A DNA stretch of 64,000 bases, taken from NCBI GenBank assembly GCA_963706595.1, contig OY970166.1:4288001-4352000 (forward strand). The letters are read 5' to 3'. Origin of the DNA: an uncultured cyanobacterium (lineage in GTDB: Bacteria; Cyanobacteriota; Cyanobacteriia; Cyanobacteriales; Nostocaceae). Position numbers and translations under genes: made by a program. Positions 1 to 9,165 of the stretch are shown in pieces. The notes beneath the pieces were generated by a model. It was given only the letters and a program-made list of their open reading frames with translations, ran no database searches and was not told the origin of the DNA. Every line of letters starts with the position of its first letter. Positions within the stretch are counted from its first letter, which is position 1.

Positions 1-1065
1 CATTAGTCCATAATAATTGATGGCTTGCTCTTGTGTCTCGATTAAAATTTGGCTAGTTTGCAAAGCTTCATCAATTTGTTCTTGAGCAATATATAGAGAA
101 ATTAACTTTTGCAAAGCTTCACCAGCCCGAACATACTGGCGCGATCGCACACCCATGAGATAAGCTTCTTGATAGTTATCAAATGCTTGTTTGAGTAAAC
201 TAGGATTTTCCTGTGCTAAGGTTTGATAATTTGAGCCAATGGCTATTTTTAATTCTGGGATTTTAGTTAGATTATTTTCCTGTTCGTAAATTTCTGCTAT
301 TCTTTTGAGAACATCTACAGATGGCTGGGGTTGTTTTGTCTGCTGGTATATATAACGTAGCTGTTGCAGGTATGCTAACTCATTAGTTTTATCGCTCTGA
401 GTAGCAGTTAAATTTAATAATCTCTCATAAGTGGCGGCTGCTTGAGGATAATTAAACCAACTCAAATGCAGTTCGCCCATTGTTGTCAGGGTTTGCACGA
501 TTGCAACTGCATCTTGTTGTTGTTGCACTGCTGTTAAAATTTGCTCATAAATTTCTAAAGCTAGTTTAGGCGATCGCACTTTTTGATATGCTTCACCAAG
601 CGATCGCATTAAATCTAAATCAACAGTTTTTTGTTTTTGTGCTTGCTTTTGGATAGTTTGCAATCGCTGCGTAATAAATCTTACCTGCTCACTAGCATTT
701 CGGTTCCAAGCGATCGCACCAAAGCGCGATAATGCTTGCAATTCTGCCAATGAACCCAAATAGCGCCGCAAACGTACTTCCCGGTTCCAAATCGCAAATG
801 CGGCTTCCTCATCTCCCCCTTGCAATTTAGCCGCAGCTTCCTGATTCAACTCATCCAACGCCTTCTCCAAGCTTTGCAGTTCTGTAAGAGTTAACTGCTG
901 TTTATCAATCAAAGGCGGTAACAGTGGATCGGGTTTGGTAATTTCTAGGGGATTAGGAGCAAATTTAGTCGGCTGTTGCGGCTTTTTAGTCTCTGCTAGG
1001 GTTAACGAACTGTTAAGCTGACAGAGGACAGCGACACTAATAATAATACATAAGCGCCTGAGCAT
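1..1065 (-). CDS. TPR-like helical repeat protein with N-terminal signal peptide; runs off the window start
   Basis: Manual translation from ATG at 1065: MLRRLCIIISVAVLCQLNSSLTLAETKK...LGEAYQKVRSPKLALEIYEQIL..., open to base 1 (355 codons). Not in the ORF track because there is no stop in the window. Confidence 0.75.
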   Translation of the reverse strand, partial: MLRRLCIIISVAVLCQLNSSLTLAETKKPQQPTKFAPNPLEITKPDPLLPPLIDKQQLTLTELQSLEKALDELNQEAAAKLQGGDEEAAFAIWNREVRLRRYLGSLAELQALSRFGAIAWNRNASEQVRFITQRLQTIQKQAQKQKTVDLDLMRSLGEAYQKVRSPKLALEIYEQILTAVQQQQDAVAIVQTLTTMGELHLSWFNYPQAAATYERLLNLTATQSDKTNELAYLQQLRYIYQQTKQPQPSVDVLKRIAEIYEQENNLTKIPELKIAIGSNYQTLAQENPSLLKQAFDNYQEAYLMGVRSRQYVRAGEALQKLISLYIAQEQIDEALQTSQILIETQEQAINYYGLM

Positions 1066-1162
1066 GGGTACTTTACCTAAGATGGGAATAGAGGATAGGG
1101 TATGACTACCATACCCAAAAATTTTAACTGCCAACTTGTTTGACGCATCAAAAATCCAGAAT

Positions 1163-1203
1163 TCTCCCCACTCCCTACTCCCTACTCCCCACTCCCTATT
1201 CCC
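1163..1203. repeat. STRR heptamer array (CTCCCCA/CTCCCTA)n
   Basis: Tandem heptamers visible directly. Confidence 0.85.
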
Positions 1204-1246
1204 TCTACAATGAATCCAGAGAATTTTAAATGTAATCACTAATTCT

Positions 1247-1843
1247 ATGGATATTACAACCTTAGCTCGCTGGATGGCAGCTGATTTTAGTAATCAAGCC
1301 CAAGCTTTTGAAAACCCACCTTTTTTTGCTCATATTCGCGTGTGTATGCGCCCTCTACCCGTAGAGATGCTATCAGGAATCAGTTTGTTTGTGGAACAAG
1401 CTTATGATTATATGCTGAATAACCCTTATCGCGTGCGGGTTTTGAAATTGGTAAATGCAGGCGATAGCGAAGCGCTCCGTAGGAATCGCATCCAAATTGT
1501 CAACTATACTGTGAAGCAAGAAGAAAGCTTTTATGGTGCATCCCGTAACCTCCAACTGCTGAAAACTTTAACAAGCGATCGCCTAGAAGAACTTTCAGGA
1601 TGTAACATGACTGTAGAGTGGGCTGGTAACAGCTTCAAAGGCAAAGTCGAACCAGGTAAAGGTTGCATTGTCTTTCGGAAAGGGCAAAAAACCTATTTAG
1701 ATAGTGAATTTGAAATTAGCGAAGAAAAATTTATCAGCCTTGACAGAGGACGTGATTTAGATACCAACGAACATATTTGGGGGTCTGTTGCTGGTCCATT
1801 TCACTTTGTGCGGCGAAACAGTTTTGCTGATGAAGTAATATAG
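1247..1843 (+). CDS. cpcT: CpcT/CpeT-family phycobiliprotein chromophore lyase
   Basis: FSNQAQAFENPPFFAHIRV, EQAY..PYRVR, GCIVFRKG, DRGRD, WGSVAGPF motifs. Confidence 0.88.
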   Translation: MDITTLARWMAADFSNQAQAFENPPFFAHIRVCMRPLPVEMLSGISLFVEQAYDYMLNNPYRVRVLKLVNAGDSEALRRNRIQIVNYTVKQEESFYGASRNLQLLKTLTSDRLEELSGCNMTVEWAGNSFKGKVEPGKGCIVFRKGQKTYLDSEFEISEEKFISLDRGRDLDTNEHIWGSVAGPFHFVRRNSFADEVI

Positions 1844-1853
1844 CTCAGATAAT

Positions 1854-2658
1854 TTAGGATACCTTAGCGGCTAACTCCAATGGATTAAAATAAGGAACTC
1901 GCTCTACAGAAGTTTCCCACATCCCATTGGGGTATAGCTTCAACAACCGAAATCCAGGGTATTTGGAATCAATCATCAAAGTGGGACTTTTGGAGCGAAA
2001 CTGAAGCCCAGTTGACGGAGTGCTGAGGTAGTGAACTTGGTGACGCTGGCGTTGAAATTCTTGATGGATGTGACCAAACAAAACTAACCTGACTTGGGGA
2101 TGACGGTCGAGAACAGCAAAAAATTCTTGGGGATTTTTCAGAGGTACTGCTATCTAACCACGCCGAATTTACCGGAAAAGGCGGATGATGTAGAGCGACT
2201 AAAGTCGGAGCATCACCCAGGGTTTTTAATTCAGAGTCCAGCCAATCGAGAGTTTTACCGGAAAGATGACCATGTAAACAACCAGGAACCGAAGAATCGA
2301 GTAAGATAAAATTCCAACCACCACGATGAAAAGACTTGCGTCGGGAAACCATCCCCATATTTAAGATATCTTCCATTGCGATCGCACAGTCATGATTCCC
2401 TGGTATCCAGTAAGCAGGTATTTGTAGTTGATTCACTAGATTTTGCAGATTATCATAGGAATCAGGCTTACCATCACCAGACAAATCACCCGTTAGCAGT
2501 AGTAAATCAACTTCACTCCTGATCTGTTTTAACCTGTCTACAACTGCCTGGAAAGACTGTATAGTAGGCATTCCCAGCATTTCGTGATTTTCCGCAGCAA
2601 ACAGATGTGTATCTGTGATTTGAGCGATTGAGATCGGAGATACTTGATTGATTTTCAT
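1854..2658 (-). pseudogene. cpdA: 3',5'-cyclic-AMP phosphodiesterase (metallophosphoesterase), split by a +1 frameshift near 2141-2144; may be a sequencing error
   Basis: ITDTH, LTGDL, PGNHD, HHPP in one frame and FGHIHQ in the next; removing one base gives SSTLKNPQEFFAVLDRHPQVRLVLFGHIHQE. Confidence 0.8.
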
Positions 2659-2716
2659 GGATGGCGATATGTGCAACTTAACATCTGATTCTTTTGGGGG
2701 AAAGTAGCTGACCAAA

Positions 2717-2810
2717 GTCAAACAATTTTAGATTTTAGATTTTAGATTTTAGATTTGGGATTGACTCCCCAGATAAATCTAGGGGCTTTTACCATGAATG
2801 AACTATTGGT
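2717..2810 (+). repeat. Composite dispersed repeat: (TTTTAGA)n plus palindromic tail; second copy inverted at 43113-43199
   Basis: Manual alignment of the two copies. Confidence 0.75.
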
Positions 2811-3120
2811 GATAGTGATTTTGATGTCATCATAGAGCTAAAAACCATAAATAAACATCTAATTTCTGGAAATCCCTGAATTTTCATCTATCTTAAGAGT
2901 GAAATTGTATTTTTTTTTGTGTTTTACGTCACGCATTTTTGGCAAAAATTCATCAATCCCTCACACTATCCCCACAAATCTTCATTTAGCGCTGCCATCT
3001 CCTGGGATGTGCAAATGCCATTAACCACTAAATTTGCTCAGGTGCGGCAAAATTTTCAAGAGACGTAGGGTGTAAATTTAGAGAAAATATGTTATGCTAA
3101 GGAATCGTGAGAGCGATCGC

Positions 3121-3192
<72 letters not shown>

Positions 3193-3433
3193 TCAGGGTT
3201 TCAGCGATTCTAGTTCCATAGATTCTCTAGAAACCAACAATCCAGGACTCAATACAGGACTCAAGAAGAATCCCCAAGCTGTTATTTGCTGCATGGGGAT
3301 TCTTTATTTGTCCAGTTCATCCGACTTGGCACATCTGATTTGATTATTTAATAATCCAGGTTTCCTGACTGTCTTCCGTTGGTAGCAGTATCTATTCCAT
3401 TCAGGCTGTTACCTGCTGTATGGGGGTTCTTTT

Positions 3434-3594
3434 TGAGTCCCTTGAGTCCTTTTTTGAGTCCCTTGAGTCCCACTGAGTCCCTTGAGTCCCTTTTTGAAAT
3501 CCTTGAAAGCTTTATACAGCCTATGTTTCAGCTTGGAACTCAAAAGGGACTCAAAAAGGACTCAGGGACTCAGCCGGAAACCCAAAGGGACTCA
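3434..3594. repeat. Head-to-head array of TGAGTCC x6 and GGACTCA x4
   Basis: TGAGTCC at 3434, 3443, 3455, 3464, 3474, 3483; GGACTCA at 3547, 3558, 3566, 3588. Confidence 0.9.
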
Positions 3595-3637
3595 AGCAGC
3601 AGATAACAGCCCAGTATGCCCTAGTTTCCCTAAATGA

Positions 3638-4063
3638 CTAACTAACCATATAGATAGAAGTATTTTTATTCCTGTAGGTTTGTCCTGTAGTATTGTTGCC
3701 CCGGTGGTCTGGTAAACCATTTGGGGTCTTTTTGTTGTCCAGGCTCCCAGGGAAACCACTTGTAAAGCTGAGAATCGTATATAACATCAAGTTGGCTGTA
3801 AAAGCCCTAGCATCAAGGCTTTTTGTTACTGATGCGGCTGTTGTGGCTCTTGTAGATGCTTTGGTGTTTCCAGTAGCATAAATACACTTATAAACTCCAG
3901 GTGCGTCGTTCATCCCCTGGGGGTTTATTGGAAGACTTGACGACGTTAAGTTTATGGTGCTATCATCATTTTCAAGGGATTGAGCATTTGCGCGTATTAG
4001 CTCAGTACCAAGTAAAGATAAAAAAAAATACTTTAAATCAGAGGTAATATGAGCCTCTGACAT
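3638..4063 (-). CDS. Hypothetical protein (element cargo)
   Basis: 141-aa ATG ORF divergent from 4251-4520; no motif recognised. Confidence 0.4.
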   Translation of the reverse strand: MSEAHITSDLKYFFLSLLGTELIRANAQSLENDDSTINLTSSSLPINPQGMNDAPGVYKCIYATGNTKASTRATTAASVTKSLDARAFTANLMLYTILSFTSGFPGSLDNKKTPNGLPDHRGNNTTGQTYRNKNTSIYMVS

Positions 4064-4250
4064 TTTCTCGTAAATATATTTGACTAATTTTAAAGCCTGT
4101 GATACATTCTAAATATGGAGAATCAGAGGAATGAGGAAATAGAAGCGACCCCAGTTGCAAGCCGGGGTCTTGTTGTTTCCTATTTTCTTTCCAAGCTGTA
4201 CTAGAGCTTGAAGTTTCTTCTATGCAAACTTTTAATACAAGGACAAGGAT

Positions 4251-4520
4251 ATGGGGAACAGACCCAAACCTAGCTTACTACAGAATATCAAACATTCTGT
4301 AGTTTTGGCAACCGCAGTTCCACTGGTTTTTTTGGGGGGTGGTGTAACACTTAGCGAGTGCGGCGGTTTTGTCCATATAAAGCTGTCGGATTCTGGCAAT
4401 GAGTTTTTAGTGGACAAGCGCAACTGCAAACTCCCCAGTGATTCAGAGGAATCAGAAAAATCCTTAAGCTCTAAGGATTCTCATATTAGCACAGAAAATG
4501 ACCAGCCGCAGGTTGATTAA
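4251..4520 (+). CDS. Small protein with one hydrophobic segment and an acidic tail (element cargo)
   Basis: AAGGA RBS before ATG; VVLATAVPLVFLGGGV; followed by hairpin plus T-run near 4568-4599. Confidence 0.6.
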   Translation: MGNRPKPSLLQNIKHSVVLATAVPLVFLGGGVTLSECGGFVHIKLSDSGNEFLVDKRNCKLPSDSEESEKSLSSKDSHISTENDQPQVD

Positions 4521-4682
4521 CTAGGATTAGCAGATCCTCCTACTGCTGATTTATGCCATACTTTGTCCCCTTAGTGCCTAATCGTGCTGAGGGTTTTTTA
4601 TCTACCTGACTATGCTAAAATAGACAAAGAAAAGCCCCGGCGCTAACCAGGGCTAAACAAGCTTTATTAAGAATCGTTACAC

Positions 4683-5660
4683 TTACAACTTACTCCAGGT
4701 AGCTCGATCATCATCCATCGGCTCCCTACCCACTCCTTGAGAATCATACCGCTTGGTAAACTCAGGGAGTTTTGATATGGGTAGGGTTTTCAGTTGCTCT
4801 CTTACCCACCTCTTAGCTTTTCTGATACTCTTCTCGGTAGTGGGGTCTCTTTCAGCAAGTACCCCAACCTCGCACCTAGTCGCCACCTCCTCAAAGAATA
4901 TCAACTCACGTACGATCACCGTCTCTTCAGTTGCCTGTACCGTCTCAGGCTCATGGGTGGCTATGGGTGGCTTAGGCTCTACAGGCACATCTGGCACGAT
5001 CACGGGTTCAGGTTCAGATATAGCCACGGGTTCAGGTTTAGGCTCTTGCCAGCCTAGATCCTCAAGGCTCTCTCTCAGATGATCTAACCTCCTATTAACA
5101 CTTGCCTCATCACGGCTCTTGCCAGCCTGTTCGGGGTAGTAGTCTAGTTTCCTATCTTGTCCATACCTGCTAATGGCTTCCCTCATGAGCGGGTGGCTAA
5201 GTTGCTTCAGAACAGTGAAAGGGCGACGCTCAAAATACTCAGCCTTGTTTTTGATCACGAAGTCCCACACATCCTCTGGAAAATCAGAAGGCACAACTTC
5301 ATACCATTGTTGGTTGCCGTTCTTTGTCTTCTGTCGGGTAACTACCAGCCGTGCGTTACGAGATACAAAATACCTCCGATCCAAGATCCTCTCAGTTTCA
5401 GCATCATCTAGCTTAGTTTCCTCATCAGGTGATAGCCTAACCCATCCTGACGCTTCACACACATTGGGTGCTACGTTTTCATCATAAGCCTTATCAGGCA
5501 AAAGGTCTGAGGTGCTACAGCCTAGCTGTTCTAACCCCAGTAACATTGCCTTAAGCGCCAACTCATTCTGAGTCAACCCTATACTTTTAGCAAATGTTTC
5601 CATCCTTGTTTTGATCTGTTCATCCAATCGGAATGTAACTTGTGGTTTCTTGCTTGGCAT
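4683..5660 (-). CDS. Protein with N-terminal ribbon-helix-helix-like domain, Pro/Glu-rich linker and a C-terminal domain repeated at 8680-8901
   Basis: PQVTFRLDEQIKTRMETFAKSIGLTQNELALKAM fits the RHH pattern; AAGGA RBS. Confidence 0.7.
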   Translation of the reverse strand: MPSKKPQVTFRLDEQIKTRMETFAKSIGLTQNELALKAMLLGLEQLGCSTSDLLPDKAYDENVAPNVCEASGWVRLSPDEETKLDDAETERILDRRYFVSRNARLVVTRQKTKNGNQQWYEVVPSDFPEDVWDFVIKNKAEYFERRPFTVLKQLSHPLMREAISRYGQDRKLDYYPEQAGKSRDEASVNRRLDHLRESLEDLGWQEPKPEPVAISEPEPVIVPDVPVEPKPPIATHEPETVQATEETVIVRELIFFEEVATRCEVGVLAERDPTTEKSIRKAKRWVREQLKTLPISKLPEFTKRYDSQGVGREPMDDDRATWSKL

Positions 5661-5682
5661 AATCTATCCTTTGTTTATGGTT

Positions 5683-5921
5683 GGGTGCTACACATCTACT
5701 TGTAGCACCCTCAAGTTATTGCTATACAGCTATCTTGGCATATCGTAGCACCCATGTGTGGAAAGCCCTGTTTTTTATTTCAAAGTTTTCCCCTGATTAT
5801 TTGGGCGATGCTGGCTAAACTTTGCCAGCCATTCCCCCGTTAAAGTAGTACCCAACCGTAGCACCCTCAAGTTATTGTAAAGCAAGTTGTTTAGCAACTG
5901 TAGCACCCAATCGTAGCACCC
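5683..5921. repeat. GTAGCACCC repeat cluster (operator/iteron-like)
   Basis: Copies at 5683 (reverse), 5702, 5745, 5845 (variant), 5858, 5900, 5913; two more in the ORF at 5466 and ~5510. Confidence 0.85.
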
Positions 5922-5945
5922 AATGTGTGTAAAGAGCCATATTCC

Positions 5946-6239
5946 CTAGCTGAAGTTTAGCCCGGTTAGTTGCTTCTTACTCACAGTCCCATCAGGCTTG
6001 ACCATATCCCCAGTCGGGTAACTAATCCCTGAAGATTCCATCCCGCCCCTAATCGCACCTAGCAACCGCCGTTCCTGGATCAATAACCTGATACCATCCC
6101 TGATCAATCCCGATGCCGTGTTATCAGTCTTAGCCGCCTCAGCCTCTAACCACTGCCAAGTCGCCTTACTCAGCCGTACTGCCAACTGTTTACTATCTAC
6201 TCGCTTCCGTCCCATTACCTGCATACCAATGGTGTACAT
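5946..6239 (-). CDS. CopG/RHH-like DNA-binding protein
   Basis: KQLAVRLSKATWQWLEAEAAKTDNTASGLIRDGI pattern. Confidence 0.65.
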   Translation of the reverse strand: MYTIGMQVMGRKRVDSKQLAVRLSKATWQWLEAEAAKTDNTASGLIRDGIRLLIQERRLLGAIRGGMESSGISYPTGDMVKPDGTVSKKQLTGLNFS

Positions 6240-6864
6240 CTAGAGATAGTCAAGTTGGGTATTAGTGGGTTGCAAAATCCTAGTTTTGACAAGTTGAAAC
6301 CCTTACAGGCTAAAGCTTTGAGTGGTCTACAAGAATATGGCTACTAGATAGATGCTAGACTGGCTACTAAACAGGCTACTAGGATTTTATTGGCAATCAT
6401 CGCTTAAGCATCTCTAAGTTATTTCTCCCCATAGTGCGCTTAAACATCTCTAGGATTTTTTGCTGCATATCATCACTTAAGCGCCCTAAGTACCCACAAT
6501 TCCCTATACACTTAGTCCACTGAGATTATTTAAATAAACACATACTCAGCCAGAATCGACCAAACTTTATTGGGTGTTTTCCTAGCTTTCATTCCCTTTG
6601 GTTTCAGTTAGTAGCCTTTGCCCCTGGTTAATCCTGATTACTCAAGATTGCTCAGTTACCACCATGCTGTTAGTTGCTGTATAGGTGTCTTGGGTGGCTA
6701 ATGGGTGGCTGTCTCCCTCCTCATCTTTTGTAATCTATGTGTCCCAACAATGTTTTTATACAGGTTTAGTATCCGGGGGAACCTAGCCATAAAATAAGCC
6801 CCTCCAGAATCGCCTAGAAGGGCATCAAAATCATTTGGCTATACGATTGATTGCAAGTCAGTTT

Positions 6865-7095
6865 TTAGTCGTTAGGGGCAACCTTACCTAAATACTCTGC
6901 ATCCAAGGAATCCTCAGAGATTCTGTAGTACCCCTCGTGAATCTCACCATCATGATCGCAGTTATAGTACCCCATAATGTCCATTATTCTGGATTCATCC
7001 CATGCTCTAGGGCATTTGTCACTCAACCCATTACCTCGTTTATACTGTACACAATCTACTTCTGACCAGTGAACGATAATAGTTCTCTTTCCCAT
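6865..7095 (-). CDS. Small hypothetical protein directly downstream of the integrase
   Basis: Strong AGGAG RBS; starts 18 bp after the integrase stop. Confidence 0.65.
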   Translation of the reverse strand: MGKRTIIVHWSEVDCVQYKRGNGLSDKCPRAWDESRIMDIMGYYNCDHDGEIHEGYYRISEDSLDAEYLGKVAPND

Positions 7096-7113
7096 TGTTA
7101 TTTCTCCTGAGTG

Positions 7114-8376
7114 CTACAACTCAGGCATTTCTATGGGTGTGACATTACCCGCATAATGCTTGAGAATGATCGCCGGACTATTCCCCACAAGTTTAGCCAC
7201 TTCTGAGACGGTAAAACCTGCACCAAGCATCATAGTAATGAATGTATGCCGAGTATTGTACAGGCATCTATAACGCTCTACCGCCCCTGAGTCTACCAAG
7301 GCACGCATAACCCCAGTATAAAACTTAGTTCCCTGTTTTCCCCCGTGCCATACTTGCTGTGAGAACTTTGTATTGTTAACCATCCCACCGTTGGGACTGG
7401 TAAATACAGAATCATCAGGCAACTGATCGGGTTTCCTTAACTCTTTCAGAAGTTCTTTAAGCCTGTTATTACAAGTAAACCTACGACTTTTACCTGTTTT
7501 GGTACATTTCCTAACCTTTGTTGCCCCATCGTAACTATCACTAAAAGTTATAACTGAGTAATCCGGTGCGATATGCTTCCACTGTAGAGCTATTGCCTCA
7601 CCAGTCCTACAACCAGTCCAGAATAGAAACTTGATAAATGGTGCATAATGTGGCTTATTGGCTTCAAATGCCCCGATGATCGCATCCATCTCAGACTTAC
7701 TAAATGGATCAATGGCATCATCGTCTGATTTAGGTAACTTGATATCTGCGGACATCTGCATAAATGGATTGTCCTTAACCAGTCCAGACTTTACAGCCCA
7801 ACCAACACAGGCGCTTAGATAAGTTAAAACTCTCTTAGCTGCATTCGTGGTCAAGTTAGCTAACAGATAATCCCTGATCGCCACTGAATCATCTAGGCTG
7901 TGAGTAGGCAGTGACTTGATATGGTTTCTGTACTTCCTAGCATAATCCTTTCTGTAAGTTGTCTCTGCCAGTTGTGGCTTCATATATTCTGAATATCTAT
8001 CCCATAGTGTTAGCAGGTTGAATCTAGGCTCTACAGGCTTTCTAGGCTCTACTACGACTAGATGCCTATTCTTATAACTTGCTAACTTGTCCTTATATTT
8101 GGCTAGGGTCGGATTTAGCTGTTCTGTGAGTATATCCTCCTCAATCCAGTTAGCCACGCCTGATACACGCTTCTTGTTAATCTCAGTAGTATCTAAACCT
8201 GAGTAAATATAAACCTGCTTACCACCTGCTACTGACCTGGGAAGCCTTAACCTCAGCTTGCCTTCTTTATCATCAATGTTCACTGACATCTTGGCTTTTT
8301 TCTGTGCGACCATATCTCCCTGAGTCCTCTTAACCTTTACCTTACCAAGGGTAATCAATCCAGGACTCAAAGTCAA
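7114..8376 (-). CDS. Tyrosine recombinase/integrase with N-terminal arm-DNA-binding region (probable start at 8313)
   Basis: TGCRTGE, TKTGKSR, YNTRHTF, VGNS..IILKHY catalytic motifs; GKLRLRLP N-terminus. Confidence 0.93.
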   Translation of the reverse strand: MTLSPGLITLGKVKVKRTQGDMVAQKKAKMSVNIDDKEGKLRLRLPRSVAGGKQVYIYSGLDTTEINKKRVSGVANWIEEDILTEQLNPTLAKYKDKLASYKNRHLVVVEPRKPVEPRFNLLTLWDRYSEYMKPQLAETTYRKDYARKYRNHIKSLPTHSLDDSVAIRDYLLANLTTNAAKRVLTYLSACVGWAVKSGLVKDNPFMQMSADIKLPKSDDDAIDPFSKSEMDAIIGAFEANKPHYAPFIKFLFWTGCRTGEAIALQWKHIAPDYSVITFSDSYDGATKVRKCTKTGKSRRFTCNNRLKELLKELRKPDQLPDDSVFTSPNGGMVNNTKFSQQVWHGGKQGTKFYTGVMRALVDSGAVERYRCLYNTRHTFITMMLGAGFTVSEVAKLVGNSPAIILKHYAGNVTPIEMPEL

Positions 8377-8440
8377 TAGGACTCAGCAATATTTCTAGGC
8401 TAGACAAGGCATCTGGCTAGTAAAAACGGTAGGCTGTCGC

Positions 8441-8496
8441 TCTGCAAAACCTCCATCCCCCGGTTCAAATCCGGGTGTCGCCTTCAGGGTTTCAGC
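8441..8496 (+). repeat. attR: duplicated 3' half of tRNA-Cys plus 13 bp downstream
   Basis: Identical to 3150-3205. Confidence 0.95.
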
Positions 8497-8910
8497 CCTT
8501 TAAGGACATCCAAAAGTTAATAAAGCCGCTATTTGATAGTCAAACTGATAGTCAAAAGGATTTCCCAGGCTGTTACTTGCTGCCTGATGGTTGTCTTTCC
8601 TGCCTGACTATGCTAAAATAGACAAAGAAAAGCCCCGGCGCTAACCAGGGCTAAAATGTTATTCTTGATTTCTTAACTATTACTTAATAATCCAGGTAGC
8701 TCGATCACTATCCATCGGCTCCCTACCAACTCCCTGAGAATCGTACCGCTTGGTAAACTCAGGGAGTTCTTCTATGGGTAGGGTTTTCAGTTGCTTCCTT
8801 AGCCACTTCTTTATTCTCTTAACGCCATCGGGTGTAGTGGGGTTTCTCTCAGCAAGTAGCCCAGCCTCGCACCTAGTCGCCACCTCCTCAAAGAATATCA
8901 ACTCAGGTAC
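8497..8910. mobile_element. Deleted relic of a sibling integrative element
   Basis: 8534-8587 parallels 3243-3295; ~8603-8903 is homologous to ~4605-4906, including a paralogous ORF end at 8680-8901. Confidence 0.8.
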
Positions 8911-9015
8911 GATAATGTCTAGACTCCAAGGGCTGTAGGGTATGCATTAGAGCCTTTTGGCTAGAAATTGATGCTTGAGTTGATATGCTGGATTCGTTAG
9001 ACACATAAAAAAATA

Positions 9016-9144
9016 TTTACCAATATGGTAAAGTATGCTTTTTTGAGGTTATATCAAATTTATTTACCAAAACGGTAAAGTATTACATTAATTGATATGA
9101 TATTTTCTCTAGAATATAACAAATTTATTTACCAAAATGGTAAA
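9016..9144. promoter_or_regulatory. Three palindromic operators TTTACC-N5-GGTAAA upstream of higBA
   Basis: Copies at 9016-9032, 9063-9079, 9128-9144. Confidence 0.8.
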
Positions 9145-9165
9145 CTTGTATTAGTCTACTAACGC

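Noticed and set aside
3379..3606. 75-aa ORF (LSPLSP...)
   Set aside because: Translation of the TGAGTCC/GGACTCA array; no RBS or protein-like features.
4753..5487. Antisense ORFs within longer genes (also within the kinases, bchH, argD and the ABC genes)
   Set aside because: Shadow frames of well-supported genes on the opposite strand, with no independent evidence.
8441..8496. Second tRNA-Cys gene
   Set aside because: Lacks the 5' acceptor strand and D arm; it is the att duplication.
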